This document shows, one piece after another, positions 24,463-37,516 of a stretch of DNA of 64,000 bases. The notes under the pieces were generated by a model that saw only the letters and a program-made list of their open reading frames with translations, was not told the origin of the DNA and searched no databases. The position numbers were made by a program, and so were the translations under genes. The stretch spans positions 6,078,001-6,142,000 of the forward strand of contig CM052818.1 of the NCBI GenBank assembly GCA_028534125.1, written 5' to 3'. The first letter of the stretch is position 1. Every line of letters starts with the position of its first letter. Origin of the DNA: Lama glama (Eukaryota).

Positions 24463-25856
24463 CATATACAAAAATAAACTCAAAATGGATAAAAGACTTA
24501 AACATAAGACAAGATACAATAAACCTCCAAGAAGAAAATATAGGCAAGACATTACCTGACATACATCTCAAAAATGTTCTCCTAGGGCAGTCTACGCAAG
24601 CAATGGAAATAAAAGCAAGAATAAACAAATGGGACCTAATGAAACCTACAAGCTTCTGCACAGCAAAGGAAACCATAATTTAAAAAAATGACAACTTACA
24701 GAATGGGAGAAAATTTTTGCAAATGATGAAATCAACAAAGACTTGATCTCCAGAATATATAAGCAGCTCATACAACATAATAAGAAAAAAACAAACAACC
24801 CAATCCCAAAATGGGCAGAAGACCTAAACAAGCAATTCTCCAAGGAAGAAACATGAATGATCAATAGGTACATGAAAAAAATGCTCAATATCACTGTCAG
24901 AGAAATGCAAATCAAAACTACAATGAGGTATTACCTCACACCAGTCAGAATGGCCATCATTCAAAAGTCCACAAAGAACAAATGCTGGAGAGGCTGTGGA
25001 GAAAAGGGAACCCTCCTACACTGCTGGTGGGAATGCAGTTTGGTGCAGCCACTGTGGAAAACAGTATAGAGATTCCTCAAAAGACTAGGCATAGACTTAC
25101 CATATGACCCAGTAATACCGCTCCTGGGCATCTATCCAGAAGGAACCCTACTTCAAAAAGATACCTGCACCCCAGTGTTCATAGCAGCACTATTTACAAT
25201 AGCCAAGACATGGAAACAGCTTGAATGTCCATCAACAGATGACTGGATAAAGAAGCTGGGGTATATTTATACAATGGAATACTATTCAGCCATAAAAACT
25301 GACAACATAATACCATTTGCAGCAACATGGATATTCCTGGAGAATGTCATTCTAAATGAAGTAAGCCAGAAAGAAAAAGAAAAATACCATATGAGATCGC
25401 TCATATGTGGAATCTTAAAAAAAGAACATAAATACAAAACAGAAACAGACTCATAGACATAGAATATAAACTTGTGGTTGCCAAGGGGGCAGGGGGTGGG
25501 AAGGGACAGACTGGGATTTCAAAATTTGTAGGTACTGACAGGCATATGTAGAACAGACAAACAAGATTATACTGTATAGCACAGGGAAATATATACAAGA
25601 GCTTGTGGTAGCTCACTGCGAAAAAAAAGTGACAATGAATATATGTATGTTCATGTATAACTGAAAAATTGTGCTCTACACTGGAATTTGACACAACATT
25701 GTAAAATGACTATAACTCAATAAAAAATGTTTAAAAAAATAAAATAATGAGCTAAGAATTCTGAAAAATGATGAATCAAAATAAATTTAAAAATAAAAAT
25801 GTTATATTCAATGGTGTTTTATAATAAAGATATACATAACTATATAAAAAATAAAA
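24463..25856 (+). mobile_element. Younger 5'-truncated L1 with 3' transduction
   Basis: ORF2 remnants YTKINSKWIKDLN...[48 protein letters not shown] (frameshifted); G-rich 3'UTR; TSD taaaatgtgaatact (24448-24462) / taaaatgtgaacact (25857-25871). Confidence 0.95.
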
Positions 25857-26769
25857 TAAAATGTGAACACTGCATCCAACTCACCTTCTGGCACCCCCTG
25901 CAATAAGCAGTTGCTAAAATTTTGATATACCCCCACCTGACCCCCAAATCTCCCACCCCACACCCACCCCCATACCAAGAAGCCACAAACTTCTGTAGAA
26001 CTGGTTCGGTGAAGTTGCTGAGTACAGAAGTTCATCCCATCAACACTAGACGGTTCAAGGAAAACATTCAGCATTAGGTGGGAACTAAGGACACTTAATA
26101 AAAGAGCGTGATTTGGACAGAATTTCAAGACAGACACAAACATCGTATTTCTCAATGATGAGAAAGAGATGAAGTCAGAATCCCATCTGGGTGTGGATAA
26201 GGAAAGAGAGACAGTGACACTTTCTCTGAGGCTAAGAGCTCTAGAAAAGCTAACACAAGGGTGTGATCCCGAAAGTGGGTTCTTCAGACCTGCCGTGTAG
26301 ATAGACGCTTAGGAGGGGCTTAGCAGGCAGAGTTCAGAGCCTGAGATTTGGATCGCTCTACAAAAGGTGTGCAAGGGGAGATAGTTCAGAGGCAATAATT
26401 TTGAAAGAACTAAAGAAATGTGTAATGAATGTATATCTTGATATGTATTCTTGTTTTCACCTTCCTAGCCACGTTAAAAATTGGAGATCAAGAACTGACA
26501 GGTAACTTACAAGTTCACCTGCCTAAATTCCTGCCTCCCTCTTAGGCAATGTTTCACCCTCATTCACCCATGAAGAACTAAGTCCCTGAAGACATTAAGT
26601 TGAATGTACACGGTTACACCTGTAGTTAGCAGAGAATGCCAGGGGGAGTGGAAGTTACAAGGGTTGGTGTCTTTTAAGGGCTCTTAATTCCTGGAGACGT
26701 CTTGGAATCATTTTGGTGATCTCCTGCAAGACTCAGTATCAGTTTAGTTCTTCCGGGCACCAGCCTAGA

Positions 26770-26945
26770 TCAGTGATTCTCAAATCTGAGCATGCATCAG
26801 AGTCACCTGAGGAACCCGTGAAAACACAGATTCTTGGGCCCCAACCCCAGAGGTTCTGATTCCGTAGATCTGGGGTGGAGACCAAGAATTCACAGTTCTA
26901 GCCATTTCCCAGGTGATGCCGGTGCAGCAGATCCGAGAATGGCCT
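26770..26945. mobile_element. MER5A hAT-Charlie
   Basis: 'cagtgattctcaaa...gcatgcatcagagtcacctg...aaaacacagattcttgggcccc...ccagaggttctgattccgtagatctggggtgg...ttcccaggtgatgc'. Confidence 0.85.
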
Positions 26946-27699
26946 AGGTGATTTCCCGGCATCTGTCTTCCTAGAACATGTCTTCATTTCTTGGGGTCTG
27001 ATTTTCGTGACTGATAGGCTGCTTCTATCCAGGACAGAGAGGGGGCAACTACCCACACAGGTGGAGGAATGTAGCATCAGTTTTCTGGGAAATACAAAGA
27101 GATCCATGGCCTGATAGTGTAAGCAGAGTCAGGAAAGCAATGTAATTCAAACACATCAGCACAAGAGCAGGGAAAACTATGCAAGTGTTTATTTTCAGAA
27201 CTCCAAAAATCTACAAACAGGCCTCAATTCTCAATTCTATGCTGAACCCTGTGGGCCTTTAAGTAGGTACTATCCATATTTTAGAAATAATACATGGTTT
27301 CTATAAATGTGTCCTCCCTCCCTCCTCCATTCCTTCTTTCCTTCCTTCCCCTCTTCTTTTCTCCTCGCCTCCCTTCCTTCTTTCTTTCTTTCCTTCTGGA
27401 ATCACTGAGTTAAAAAAATTTTTTAATAAATTAAACTGACAAAATACAAACTAAAACTCATCTCAAGGCTCCTTACCCTAAAGGCCACCATTCTGTTTTT
27501 CCTGAGCTTTTTCCTGATGAAAAGGAATGGAGGTCCATCTTGAAATTTTCCCAGCATCTTTTCCAAGGTAAGCTCCTGTGGCTCAGGCCCCAACTCCACT
27601 CTGTCATTAAGCAGGACTTTAGGGTCTGGTCAGCACACAGACAAGGACAGCTATGAAAGTCGGGGCGGGGGGAATCATCCATCTCACTGTCAACGGCAC

Positions 27700-28420
27700 G
27701 CATCACTCCGATGCTTCAAGCCCTATATACACACATCATTTTATGTGATTTATGGCCCTAATTAGATCCCAGTGGCAGTATTCCATCAGCTAACAATGCA
27801 TAGCCTAATCACCTTTTCTTCATACAAATGATTTCCTTAACTTTGCATGCATAACTTAACAGCTTTTATTTTAAAAAACTCATGTTAACAGCTTTCCTGT
27901 GGTAACCAGTAGGGGTGCTATGATAAGAATCTAATTTGCTGTAAAAATGACTCATTTGTCAAATAAGCATTAAAATAATTGTTCCCCTTTTGACTGTTAC
28001 CCTGCTGTTTCCAGTCATTTTCCAAAACTAAATTATTTACTCATTTGAAAGTTCAGCTGTGCATATTTTAATTGATATTCCCTCATAGGACTCATATTGT
28101 TAATGACAATAATTAACCCGAAAAGGCTGCTAAATAATTATGCTACAAAGATATGAAGTATTTGCACAGAAAGTAAAATCAGCATTTGAAAAACTATCAA
28201 AATGTAAAACTTCCATATTTTATGGCAAAGCACAGTAATAGCTCATAATCAAATTAAAGAGAGAAAGAGAAAATGTAGATTATATGATTTGATGCGGAAT
28301 ACTTTATGTTTTCAATATAGAAAAGTAGTCAAGCTAACGAGATTATTTTGTCACCCTGGTAAGCTCCCAATATTACTACTCTAGCTGGCAATATAAATTG
28401 TTCTCCAGCACTTAGCATGG
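27700..28420. promoter_or_regulatory. Candidate enhancer (TE-free, homeodomain-motif-rich)
   Basis: TGATTTATGG (PBX-HOX) at 27746-27755, TAATTA sites, TGACTCA (AP-1) at ~27948, TTTATGG at ~28219; no recognisable TE. Confidence 0.35.
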
Positions 28421-29623
28421 CTTGGAATGGGAGCAAACTAGCTCTTAATAATAATACCTAACACATATTCACTGCCTCCCTGTCAGATCAATCTCCCTGT
28501 GATAGACTCAACAAGCCCCACGCACTTCTGACAGAGACACAGGCACCAGACAGATTGCACCCCTTCCCCACGAACACAGCCGGTTCTCAACTTGCTGGGA
28601 AGTTCTCAGCGAAGTGGAAAGTCCTGATTCTCGGGGATCCAAGGAGAGCTGTTGTCTCGGACAAAGATGGGACCACAGAGTGTCTTAGACTTATTACTGC
28701 ATGGTCCTCCCCGGCCGGTCTCTTAGGCTGCTAGTTCCCAGAAGCCCACAAGGCTGACACTCCCATGGAGATGGCTGGAGATCGTCTGCCCAAATGGACA
28801 GTTAGGACTGCTACACCCAGCCTACTATCCTATCCTAACAGGACTCGTGACGGTCAGAACCTCACTATGTGTGCCCCACAAACGCTTTGAACTAAAGCAG
28901 AAAGCAGCTTTATAAAGCCACAGAGGTGCAGGAACTTCAGGTAAGGTATACTGGTATCTGCCTCCCAAACGGCAAGAGCAGCCACACAGGACATCAAGAA
29001 AAGCCTCCATCGTTGCTTCAGCGCCCATTATTTTTACTTTACAGCTGACACCACTGATAGCGTAAGAAGGCTGTAATAAAAGCAGTGATGATACTTGGTA
29101 TTTATATAGTTCTGTTTATTTTTGCTCACAGGTGCAAAGATAATGCTAATAGGAGGCAGAAGAATAACTTGCAAATACACAGCCATACCCACCTTCCACA
29201 AATACCTCCTGCAAGCACTGAGTACATGGAGTAAAAGGATAGGTGACTATGGTGCTAATTATGCTTGTCGTCAAATAAAATTGTAACTTGCACAAAAAAA
29301 TCAAAATTTGATTTTAATATATATCTAAGTTGTTCATCTGTCATTGTCTATGTCACCTCATCAACGCTTATTCTGTCCATAAATATTAATTTAGCAGCTG
29401 CTCTGTGCTTAGCACTGGTAATAAATACAGTGGTCAACAGGATAGACAGAGACACAGAAACTCATACAGACAAGTTAAAAATCTAGACTGGATGGAATCA
29501 AGAGCAGAATTCTGGAATCAGAAGATATTGTGGAAGAATCTGTCTAGAACAAAGCACACAGAGACCAAGGTAAGAACGCAAAAGAACAGCTGTGAGATGC
29601 TGATTCTAGACTGAGATCTTCTA

Positions 29624-29968
29624 ACCGGGGGTCTGTAAACTGCGACCTGCAGGCCAAACCCAGCCTGCTGCCTGTGGGCCAGAAGTGATTTTTACAGTTC
29701 TCAATGATTGGAAAATCTCAGAGGAAAACTAAGATTTTGTGACACGTGAAAATTATATAAAAATTCAATTTTCAGCATCCATAAATAAATCTTGATAGTA
29801 ACACAGCCACATTTGTCTGTTTACCTATTGTTGGTGATGGCTCTCAGGCTACAGCAGAAATCAGTAGTGTCTGCAACAGAACTGAGCAGTTTCAGTAAGA
29901 ACAGAATGGCCCCCCACAGCCTATTTATACTTCATAACTTTACAGAAAAGTCTGCATATCCTAGCTCT
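29624..29968. mobile_element. MER58B-like hAT-Charlie
   Basis: 'ggggtctgtaaactgcgacctgcaggccaaacccagcctgctgcctg...ttttgtgacacgtgaaaattatat...ttcaattttcagcatccataaataaa...tttacagaaaagtctgc'. Confidence 0.8.
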
Positions 29969-30474
29969 GACATCCCAGTTCAAGAAAAATAGAAGGAAAT
30001 TTGCAGGGGCCATAAGTGAGAACTTTCCAGAATTAAAGAAAGGCTTGGTGGTGAGGTAAGATTTAATACTCTGCTTAAATTCTCTGCTTAGCTGTCCCTT
30101 ACTTTAAGAATACTGATGGGCATTTGTTAGGCCATCACTGAGTTTTACTATCTAAGGTTTACTATTGTACTATTTCATTGAACTGACCAATTAATCAGAC
30201 AACTCATCCATCCAGTCAACCATCTGTTGTTGGTTCACTGAAATGACTGTTAAATTCTGCTCACTGGCATTCAGAAGCTGTAATCCTATAAATCTCAAAA
30301 AATTCTCAAAAACTTCTACCAACGCATCTCACCAAATTTCTGCCTTCTCCTGAAACATGACCCCATGAGTTGTCTCACTAACTTGATTTCTTCTACATAG
30401 CATGCCCTTCCAATAGCTTGTCAAGTTGCTATCTTTCAAGTTGTAATCTTTTAAGATTCAGCTAAGACATTATC

Positions 30475-32220
30475 TTGTTCATTCAGTATTCATTCTGCAA
30501 ACACTGAGTGTCTGCCATGCAGCAGGTGCTTCTCTAGGTGGTAGGGGAGTAATAACCTCTGCCTTCAAGGATCTTCCTGTATTTTACAGTCAAGCAGGTA
30601 ACTAAAATGCACAATAATAAATGCTAAAATCAGGAGCAGAAGAACAGATAAAGAGCATATAACACTAGAGGGCTTGGTGCAGACAGGGAAGTTTTCTCAA
30701 TTAAGAAAGATCTTAAAAATCTTAAAGGTCAATGGAGTTAGCTGGACAAAGGTGGTGAGGGGCAGAAGAGAGAACACTGGGCATATCATGTGCAAGATGG
30801 TAGACAGTAGGAGAGGGCAGAGAATTTCAAAAAGTGTGTGCAGTTGGAAAGTAGGGGCTAAGGGGTGAACAGAAAGTTAGTAATAAATGAAGCTAGAAAG
30901 GCAAACAAGAGTTAGACCATTAAGAGCCATCTTAAATCTTAACAAGAAACCTGCAGATTTTCCATAGACAGAAGGTGAGGTTTTGCATGGCATCAGGCAG
31001 AGAGCAGTATGATCATATTTGAACTTTAGAGAGATTTCCGTGGCAGCAGGGAGGAGGAAGGCTTGGTGGGGGCAAGATGGGCATGGTTGCTGGTAGACAA
31101 ATCTGGCTGCAGGAAGCAGAGGGACTTCTTACTTTACACTTTCCATTTTCTCTGTGAAGTCGGATACAAGGTCATCCACTAAGATAAATGGAAAGATGGT
31201 TGGCTGGAATAGGCAAAGATGGTGGGGTTTTGTCATAATTGTCATGAAAAATAGAATCAAGAGATTAAGAGCTGCTTGAGAAAACAGAAAAAGGACTTCC
31301 AAGCCCATGGAGATTGGAGACCTGAATTTCTAGCAGCCCCCATCTACTCAGCAGCCTGCCACAGTGAAGGCAACGGGTCAAAAACCCATGAATGAGGGCT
31401 TTACTTGGCAGATGCGGCAAAAGAATAATCAGTCCAAGGAGTCGGAGAGCCTTTCAAAAGAGTGGCTGTAAAGGGACGATGGGGCCAGGATGAGCAGGGA
31501 AGAAAGTGAAGACGAGAGAAACCAGAGAGCTGGGGGCTGGAAAATGCTAAGTGACCTGATGAGAGGGGCTCTGAGAGGCCCCGGAAGGACAGGAAGACAA
31601 GGACAGACTGAAGAATGGCACAGCTTCGTCAGCAAAGCAGTAGTGGGTGACACCAAGGTCTAAAGAGTGACTGCAGGAGTAGACAGTTGAAGCCAAGCGG
31701 AAACTAAAAACAGGAACAAGAGCGATGGAGGAGCTGAGTGACCAGGGTTATCAGTCATCACATGGACAGCGTTTTCAGCCTGGATGATGGAGAAATCTTG
31801 ACTAGAGATACAGAAGGAAATTGAGTCAGATGCCAGTGTCTTCAATGATTAAGAAATCACAATGCAGAAGCTGAAAAGTGACAATGAGGAGAGGCAGAGG
31901 GCAGTCTAATTGGATGGCATGAGCCTCAAAGGAGGAAAGGTGAAATATACATATATATATTAGCAGTGGCAAGGTCATAGTCTAAGAGGGACCTTGAAGG
32001 AATCAAGGAGATGCTGAAGGTACCTTCCAGACCGGAGTCATGTCTTGTGAGATGGTGGAAACTAGCTGCAGAAGAAACCATGCGCTAGGAGAAAGCCGGG
32101 TTTTTAGCTAACCAGGAAATCGATGCCAATTAAGAGAACAGATTCAAAATGTACAAGAAAGAATTTACTTCCTAAGGAGAATTCTAGAAGACAAAGAGAA
32201 AAGGTTTGGTGTTGAGGATG
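30475..32220 (-). mobile_element. L2 LINE, long degenerate antisense fragment(s)
   Basis: Tail 'ttcattcagtattcattctgcaaacactgagtgtctgccatg'; 'atgatcatatttgaactttagagagattt'; internal 'ttttctctgtgaagtcggatacaaggtcatcc'. Confidence 0.6.
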
Positions 32221-32769
32221 AATCAATGGAAAAGACGTGGACTCTCTCCCCAAGGAACCCTTCATCCATTCATCACAAACTACACTGGAGCTCCTTCTGA
32301 GCGGTCTCCCCCAGCATCATGGAGGATGCTGAGACTACTGGGAGACTTCAAGAGAAGCCTGCCATTCACTGCCACTCTCCCAAGCAAAGACATGAGATGG
32401 TGGAGGCACTGACTACATGAGCCTCCTGCAATCAGAGGACTAAGGTGGCACAATCTAATGCCAATTCCCTGTACAAACACAATAAGAGGGGGGAAAACCC
32501 CACATAAGGTGTCCCAACTTGTACTGCCACCAAATCCTTTTTCTTAAAGATGCCAACAACAGAACAATGAGCAAAATGAAGAACTATGAACTTCACCATC
32601 ACAGGAGTAACTGTATTCTGGTCATGTGACTGTCTCCTCTCCCAATAGAAAAGCTCCTCACAAGTAAGAGTCATGTCTTACTGTTCTGTCCCTAACGGTA
32701 CCTAGCACCATGCCTGGTACACAGTACTCAATAAGCATGTGTTAAGCTGAAATGTACCGAACAAGCCAC

Positions 32770-33340
32770 ATTTGCATAATAATTTACAGTTGACCAAGTA
32801 GCTTCATATTAACTATCCCAGGGCAATAAAACTTTGCAAGGCAGTCATTCTCACAGCTCTACTTTCTTGAATGCTCCCTACTAGTTAGGAAAGTGAGGTT
32901 CAAACGTTAAGGGGCTTGCCCCGGGTTATACAACTAGCTACTGGTGGAAACAGGACTAGAACCCTTCAAATTCTGCAGTCTCTGTCACAAAATGTTGTAG
33001 TCCACAGAGAATTAATTCTTTGGTACTCAGTGAGTATGAGAAAGAGTTAATCATAATAGTATTGATAGAAAAGATAATATATGAGTTATTATTATTATAT
33101 CATTTTTTATCATTATTATTAACTGCTCCTCTGTTCTGTATCAGGCTTTACCTACACAGTCTCTAATATAAAAATCTATAGGATACTTTTCATTATTCCT
33201 ATTTCACAAATGACGAAACTGAGAATCTGAGAGGCTAATTAATTTACCCAAGGTCATGGAGCAAGAAAGAGACATCCTTCAGCTCTAAACTCAAGTCTGT
33301 CTATGGTCAAAGTCTGAACTCTTTTTCCCATTCCCTCTGC
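32770..33340 (-). mobile_element. Two MIR SINEs
   Basis: 'ggaaagtgaggttca...cttgccccgggttatacaactag' and 'atttcacaaatgacgaaactgag...tttacccaaggtcat'. Confidence 0.65.
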
Positions 33341-35392
33341 CTCACAAGTCATCCCATGTCAGTCCCCAAATGCTATCTTGCCTAAATCTTCATCTCAAAT
33401 ATTCTGAAACTCTGAAAGCCAGAAAGAATTTTGACAGTTTCATGATATGAGTGCTGAGAGTCACCAAACTCACAGATCTTTGTACTATTCGTTACTACTT
33501 GGGGGATAAATAAGATGAACAGAAAATAGAAAAGATATTCATCCTTTCTGTCTTTGACAATTTAGTGAGTTTTCACCATGTGCTGGTTCCCGTTCTGAGC
33601 ACTGAGGATGAAGAAGGGAATGAAAGAGATGAAACCTCGATCCTCGTGGAACATCTATTCCAGCAGGTCCCTGTCCTCTGTGGTCCACAATCTCATTCCT
33701 ACAGAGGCGTTCCTATCTGTTCAAAAGATGCTTATGCTTTCAGGCCCCCAGGTCCTGAGGTGAGGCAGGGTCGTCTGGTAACTAGAGCCTGCAAAAGATG
33801 TCCAGGGACTGGGTTTTTATAGGACCTAGAAAATGGTACCCACATGGCCACTTGAGAAAATTTGCAGCCATCATTTCCATTAGTCAGAGGGGTGTGCATC
33901 TAAGTGAAGAACACAGATGGTGAGGAAGCCTCAAAACACCAAGGCTGAACCACACGCGCTCAAGAGATCCACTGATCCTGACCCCAGCTTCAAGTTTACC
34001 GTGTGCTGAATTAAGGCTTGTGTTGAGATTGTGCCTCTCAACCTCAATCAGCAGAGAGGGTTGTGTTTCCTTTTAAAAGGCTTTTGAAATGCTGCCCACC
34101 CCTCCTCCCACAAGGGCAGTCGTCCTCACTGCCAAGCCTATTTTTATGGTTCGTCTCCAAAACAAGTGCAAAATAGTGTTGGCCCCGGATGAGCCCTCCC
34201 TCTCACTGGCCACTGGGACACCATCTGCGAGTTGAGTGGGAACAGTAAACACTGCAGGTTAAGTAACTCATTACTAATATTTTCCTTGAGCTCTGAAACT
34301 TTTTAAACAAACAACAACAACAATTGTCTCATAATAACCTTCCAGAGGTTAACAGCCGGCAGGTGGTCCAGCTCAGCCGAAATGAAAACCAGACAGCTGT
34401 TTGATTATAAACTGTTGATTCTTACTGGAGATCTGGGGAAAACTTCTTGCCGAAAAAGGGTCTTCTCTTAAAAATCCCTAATGAAACAACACATAAATGT
34501 CAAAATGACAAAAATAAGGAAGTGTGTCATAGACTAAGCATTTTAATGTCCTTTCTGGCTTCCTCCAGAGTGTACTCTGGATCTAGCCACATTTAATAGC
34601 ACAGATTCTTAAAGAGGTGGTGCACAGCATGAATTTTTATGACCCAAATAAAACTTGGAGAGGGTCACTTTCTCTGCCATCGTCAGTGTCCTCAGCAGAT
34701 GTGTGGGAGGCTCATGTTTCAACTCAGCAACTTTACCCGCATTTTACCTGGACCCAGAGGCTACACGAAGTGCACATGTGAAGACGTAAAGAAACCCTGA
34801 GGTGTGTGTGGAGCGTTATCCTGTCTGTCTCCAAGCCATTAAGACATTGCAGGGATTCCCCTGGGAAGCCTTGGCAAAGCTACAGAAAATTCCAAGGGCT
34901 GATAAAATGGTTTGAGAATGGTGGATGAAGTTTCTAATCAAAACCTTACATTAGCACCATACAGCCCCACAGACGGATGACTAGAACTGTTTTCTTCCCT
35001 TGATGATGACATGGGACACAAGAAAATTACTCCCTAAATCAGTATTTAATTACTAGTCTATTATAGTACAATCAGAAACATTTCAGAAAACAAAGTTGAA
35101 TGTTTTTATACTGAAATCTGCAGCAAGTGGTGAAATCAAAAACTTTAGGACTCCAAGGAAAAAGAAGCTATGCAATCACCTGTTTTTTTTTTAATAAAAG
35201 AAACAAAAATGAAAAGTGTAGAAGAGAGAATTTCACAGCTCCTGGTTTAGTTACAATAATTTAACAGGTGAGATCACAGAGTGTGAGTGAAAAGCAGCTT
35301 TTTGGTTTGACCAGTGTTTGATGTGGTTTTCTGACATGACCATACAAGCCAGAGATGGCAATGAGCCAAATCCCTAGAGACAGGATAGGAGG

Positions 35393-35443
35393 GAAGGAAA
35401 GAAGGAAGGAAGGACGGAAGGAAGGAAGGACGGAAGGAAGGAA
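35393..35443 (+). repeat. (GGAA)n microsatellite
   Basis: Direct reading. Confidence 0.9.
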
Positions 35444-35444
35444 T

Positions 35445-35695
35445 GTTGGCCCCAGATTAAGGTGTTGGCAGGCTTGGTTTCCTTTCTCCTCGACTCATAG
35501 TTGGCTGTCTTTTCTGTCTCTTCACATGGTCTTCCCTCTAAGTGTGTCTTTACCCTATTCTCCTTCTTATAAAGACATCAGTCATCTTGGACTACCTCTT
35601 GAAATGCCTTATCTCCAAACATAGCCACATTCTGAGGCCACGAGTTAAGACTTCAATACACGAATTTTGGTGGGTACACAATTCCACCCATAACA
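35445..35695 (-). mobile_element. MLT1A/B-like LTR fragment
   Basis: 'aaggtgttggcagg...tcttcacatggtcttccctct...ccttcttataaagacatcagtcat...ccacattctgagg...acacaattccacccataaca'. Confidence 0.8.
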
Positions 35696-36445
35696 GTACC
35701 CAAGTCACTAAAACTCTCTGATCATCCACTTCCATCTCTGTAGAAAGAGCATGTCATAAGAGCATGTGTCCCAGGTGTTTTCCAGATCTACAAGAGCACA
35801 GGTAGAGACAGTTGCATTCCTACAGCCTGTCCCCTGCCTACTTCCTGCAGACACCCCCACACTGTCTCAGGGCCTGATGTCATCAACACAGTCAGGCATG
35901 AAACTCTCCACTTGATACCAGTGAGGGATCTGAGATTCAGAATAGCTAAGTGATCTGACTACAATCTTCTCATTTGAAAGAGGAAGGATTTTTCTGATTT
36001 TGAATGTGTTGTCTTATATATAAAGAGTGAAAATAAGCTAACATGTCATCCCTCAGGTGTAAAAAAAAATAAATCTTCACATTAATTCATTAACATTAAT
36101 TAACAATTAATCTCAGAATACTAACCCTGAGGGTGATCATTTGAGACTGGTCTTGCTGAGCAGGTTTATCTCCACGGCATTTTCTAGATGGACAGAAACG
36201 TTCTGCTACTCAAGAATTTAACTTCCCTAGTTGCCACAGGATATCTGGAATTTCACCCTTAGAACACGATTCTGTAAACTAATGCTTTGTTTTGTCTAGT
36301 TTTATTAGTTTTAATGATGGAAATTCTCAAATACAACAATAGAGAGATTATATAATGAACCACCATTATCAATATAGGATCAAACTTATTTCATCTCTAT
36401 CCCAACTCCTTCCTCCATGGATAATTTTTTCCAAGTAAGTTCCAG

Positions 36446-36931
36446 TGTATCAGTTATCTACTGCTGTAATAACAAACCATTTCAAATCTTGGTGGCTTAA
36501 AACAATCATTTATTACCTTGCATGATTCTATAGGTTGGTCAGGTGATTCCTCTCCTGGTTCATGCAGCTATATTCAGCTGGCATCTTGACTGGGCTGGAA
36601 TAACCAAGGCTTTACTCTCATGCTGGAGGTCTTAATAAGAATGGCTAGAGGGGCAGGACTCCCTCCTCTCTTTCCATGTGTTCCCTTCTCAGGAGATACC
36701 TTTCTACATGATGGTCCAGACCTCTAAGACAGCAAAAGCAGATGATGCCAGGCCTAAGACTCAGGCCTAGGACAGTGTCATTTCTACCACATTCTATCAG
36801 TCAAAGTAAGTTAGGGTCAATTCACATTTAAAAGGAGAAGAAATAGACCCCATCTCTTGAAAGGAGAAGGACATGATCGTATAGAGATGGGAGGAATTAT
36901 TGATGACCGTCTTTGCAGGGAAACAACCACA
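36446..36931 (-). mobile_element. MLT1 (F/G/H-like) LTR nested in L1MC
   Basis: Starts 'tgtatcagttatctactgctgtaataacaaac...gtggcttaaaacaatcatttatt', ends 'ctttgcag...accaca'. Confidence 0.75.
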
Positions 36932-37296
36932 TTCTTCCATTGGAATTATTTGACATGTTTCTTATGTTATTTTTAATCTATAGGCTACTCCTACAAATTA
37001 TTTTTCCTCTTGCAATTTTTCTGTTTCTTTAAGAAATCAGCTGTTTGTTCTCTAGAGTTTCCCAGAGTCTGGATTTTTCTGATTGCCTCTCTTTGGGCTT
37101 TCTAGTATGTTCCTCTATTCCTTTTATTCTCTGAAAATTTGTAATTAAGTCTAGAGGCTTGATCAGATTCTGGTTTGATTATCTTTTTTTCTTTTTTTCC
37201 CCCCAAGATGGAGTTATATACCTCCATTAGGAGATAAATAACTTGATTGTCTCCTTTACTGTGATATCGCTAGACACTGGTGATCATTATCTAGAT

Positions 37297-37516
37297 CAGG
37301 GGGGTTCTGTAAACTACAGCTTACAGGGAAAATCTACCCTGTTTTTATAAATAAAGTTTTATTGGAACACAGTCATACTCATTTGTTTACATATTGCCCA
37401 TGGCTGCTTTCACATTCTAACAACAGACATGAGTAGCTGAAACAGACTTTATATGGCCCACAATGCCTAAAATGTTTGCTATCTGATCCTTACAAAAAAG
37501 AGTTTTCTGACTCTTC
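37297..37516. mobile_element. MER58A hAT-Charlie with perfect 8-bp TSD
   Basis: 'aaataaagttttattggaacacagtcatactcatttgtttacatattg...tggcccacaatgcctaaaat'; TSD atctagat at 37289-37296 and 37517-37524. Confidence 0.9.

Noticed and set aside
24414..25456. ORFs encoding L1 ORF2 peptides
   Set aside because: Frameshifted fragments of a 5'-truncated L1, not a functional CDS
18588..25897. Consensus minus-strand donors G|GTGAGT at 18588 and 25879
   Set aside because: No convincing paired acceptor; a 7-mer is expected several times per strand in 64 kb
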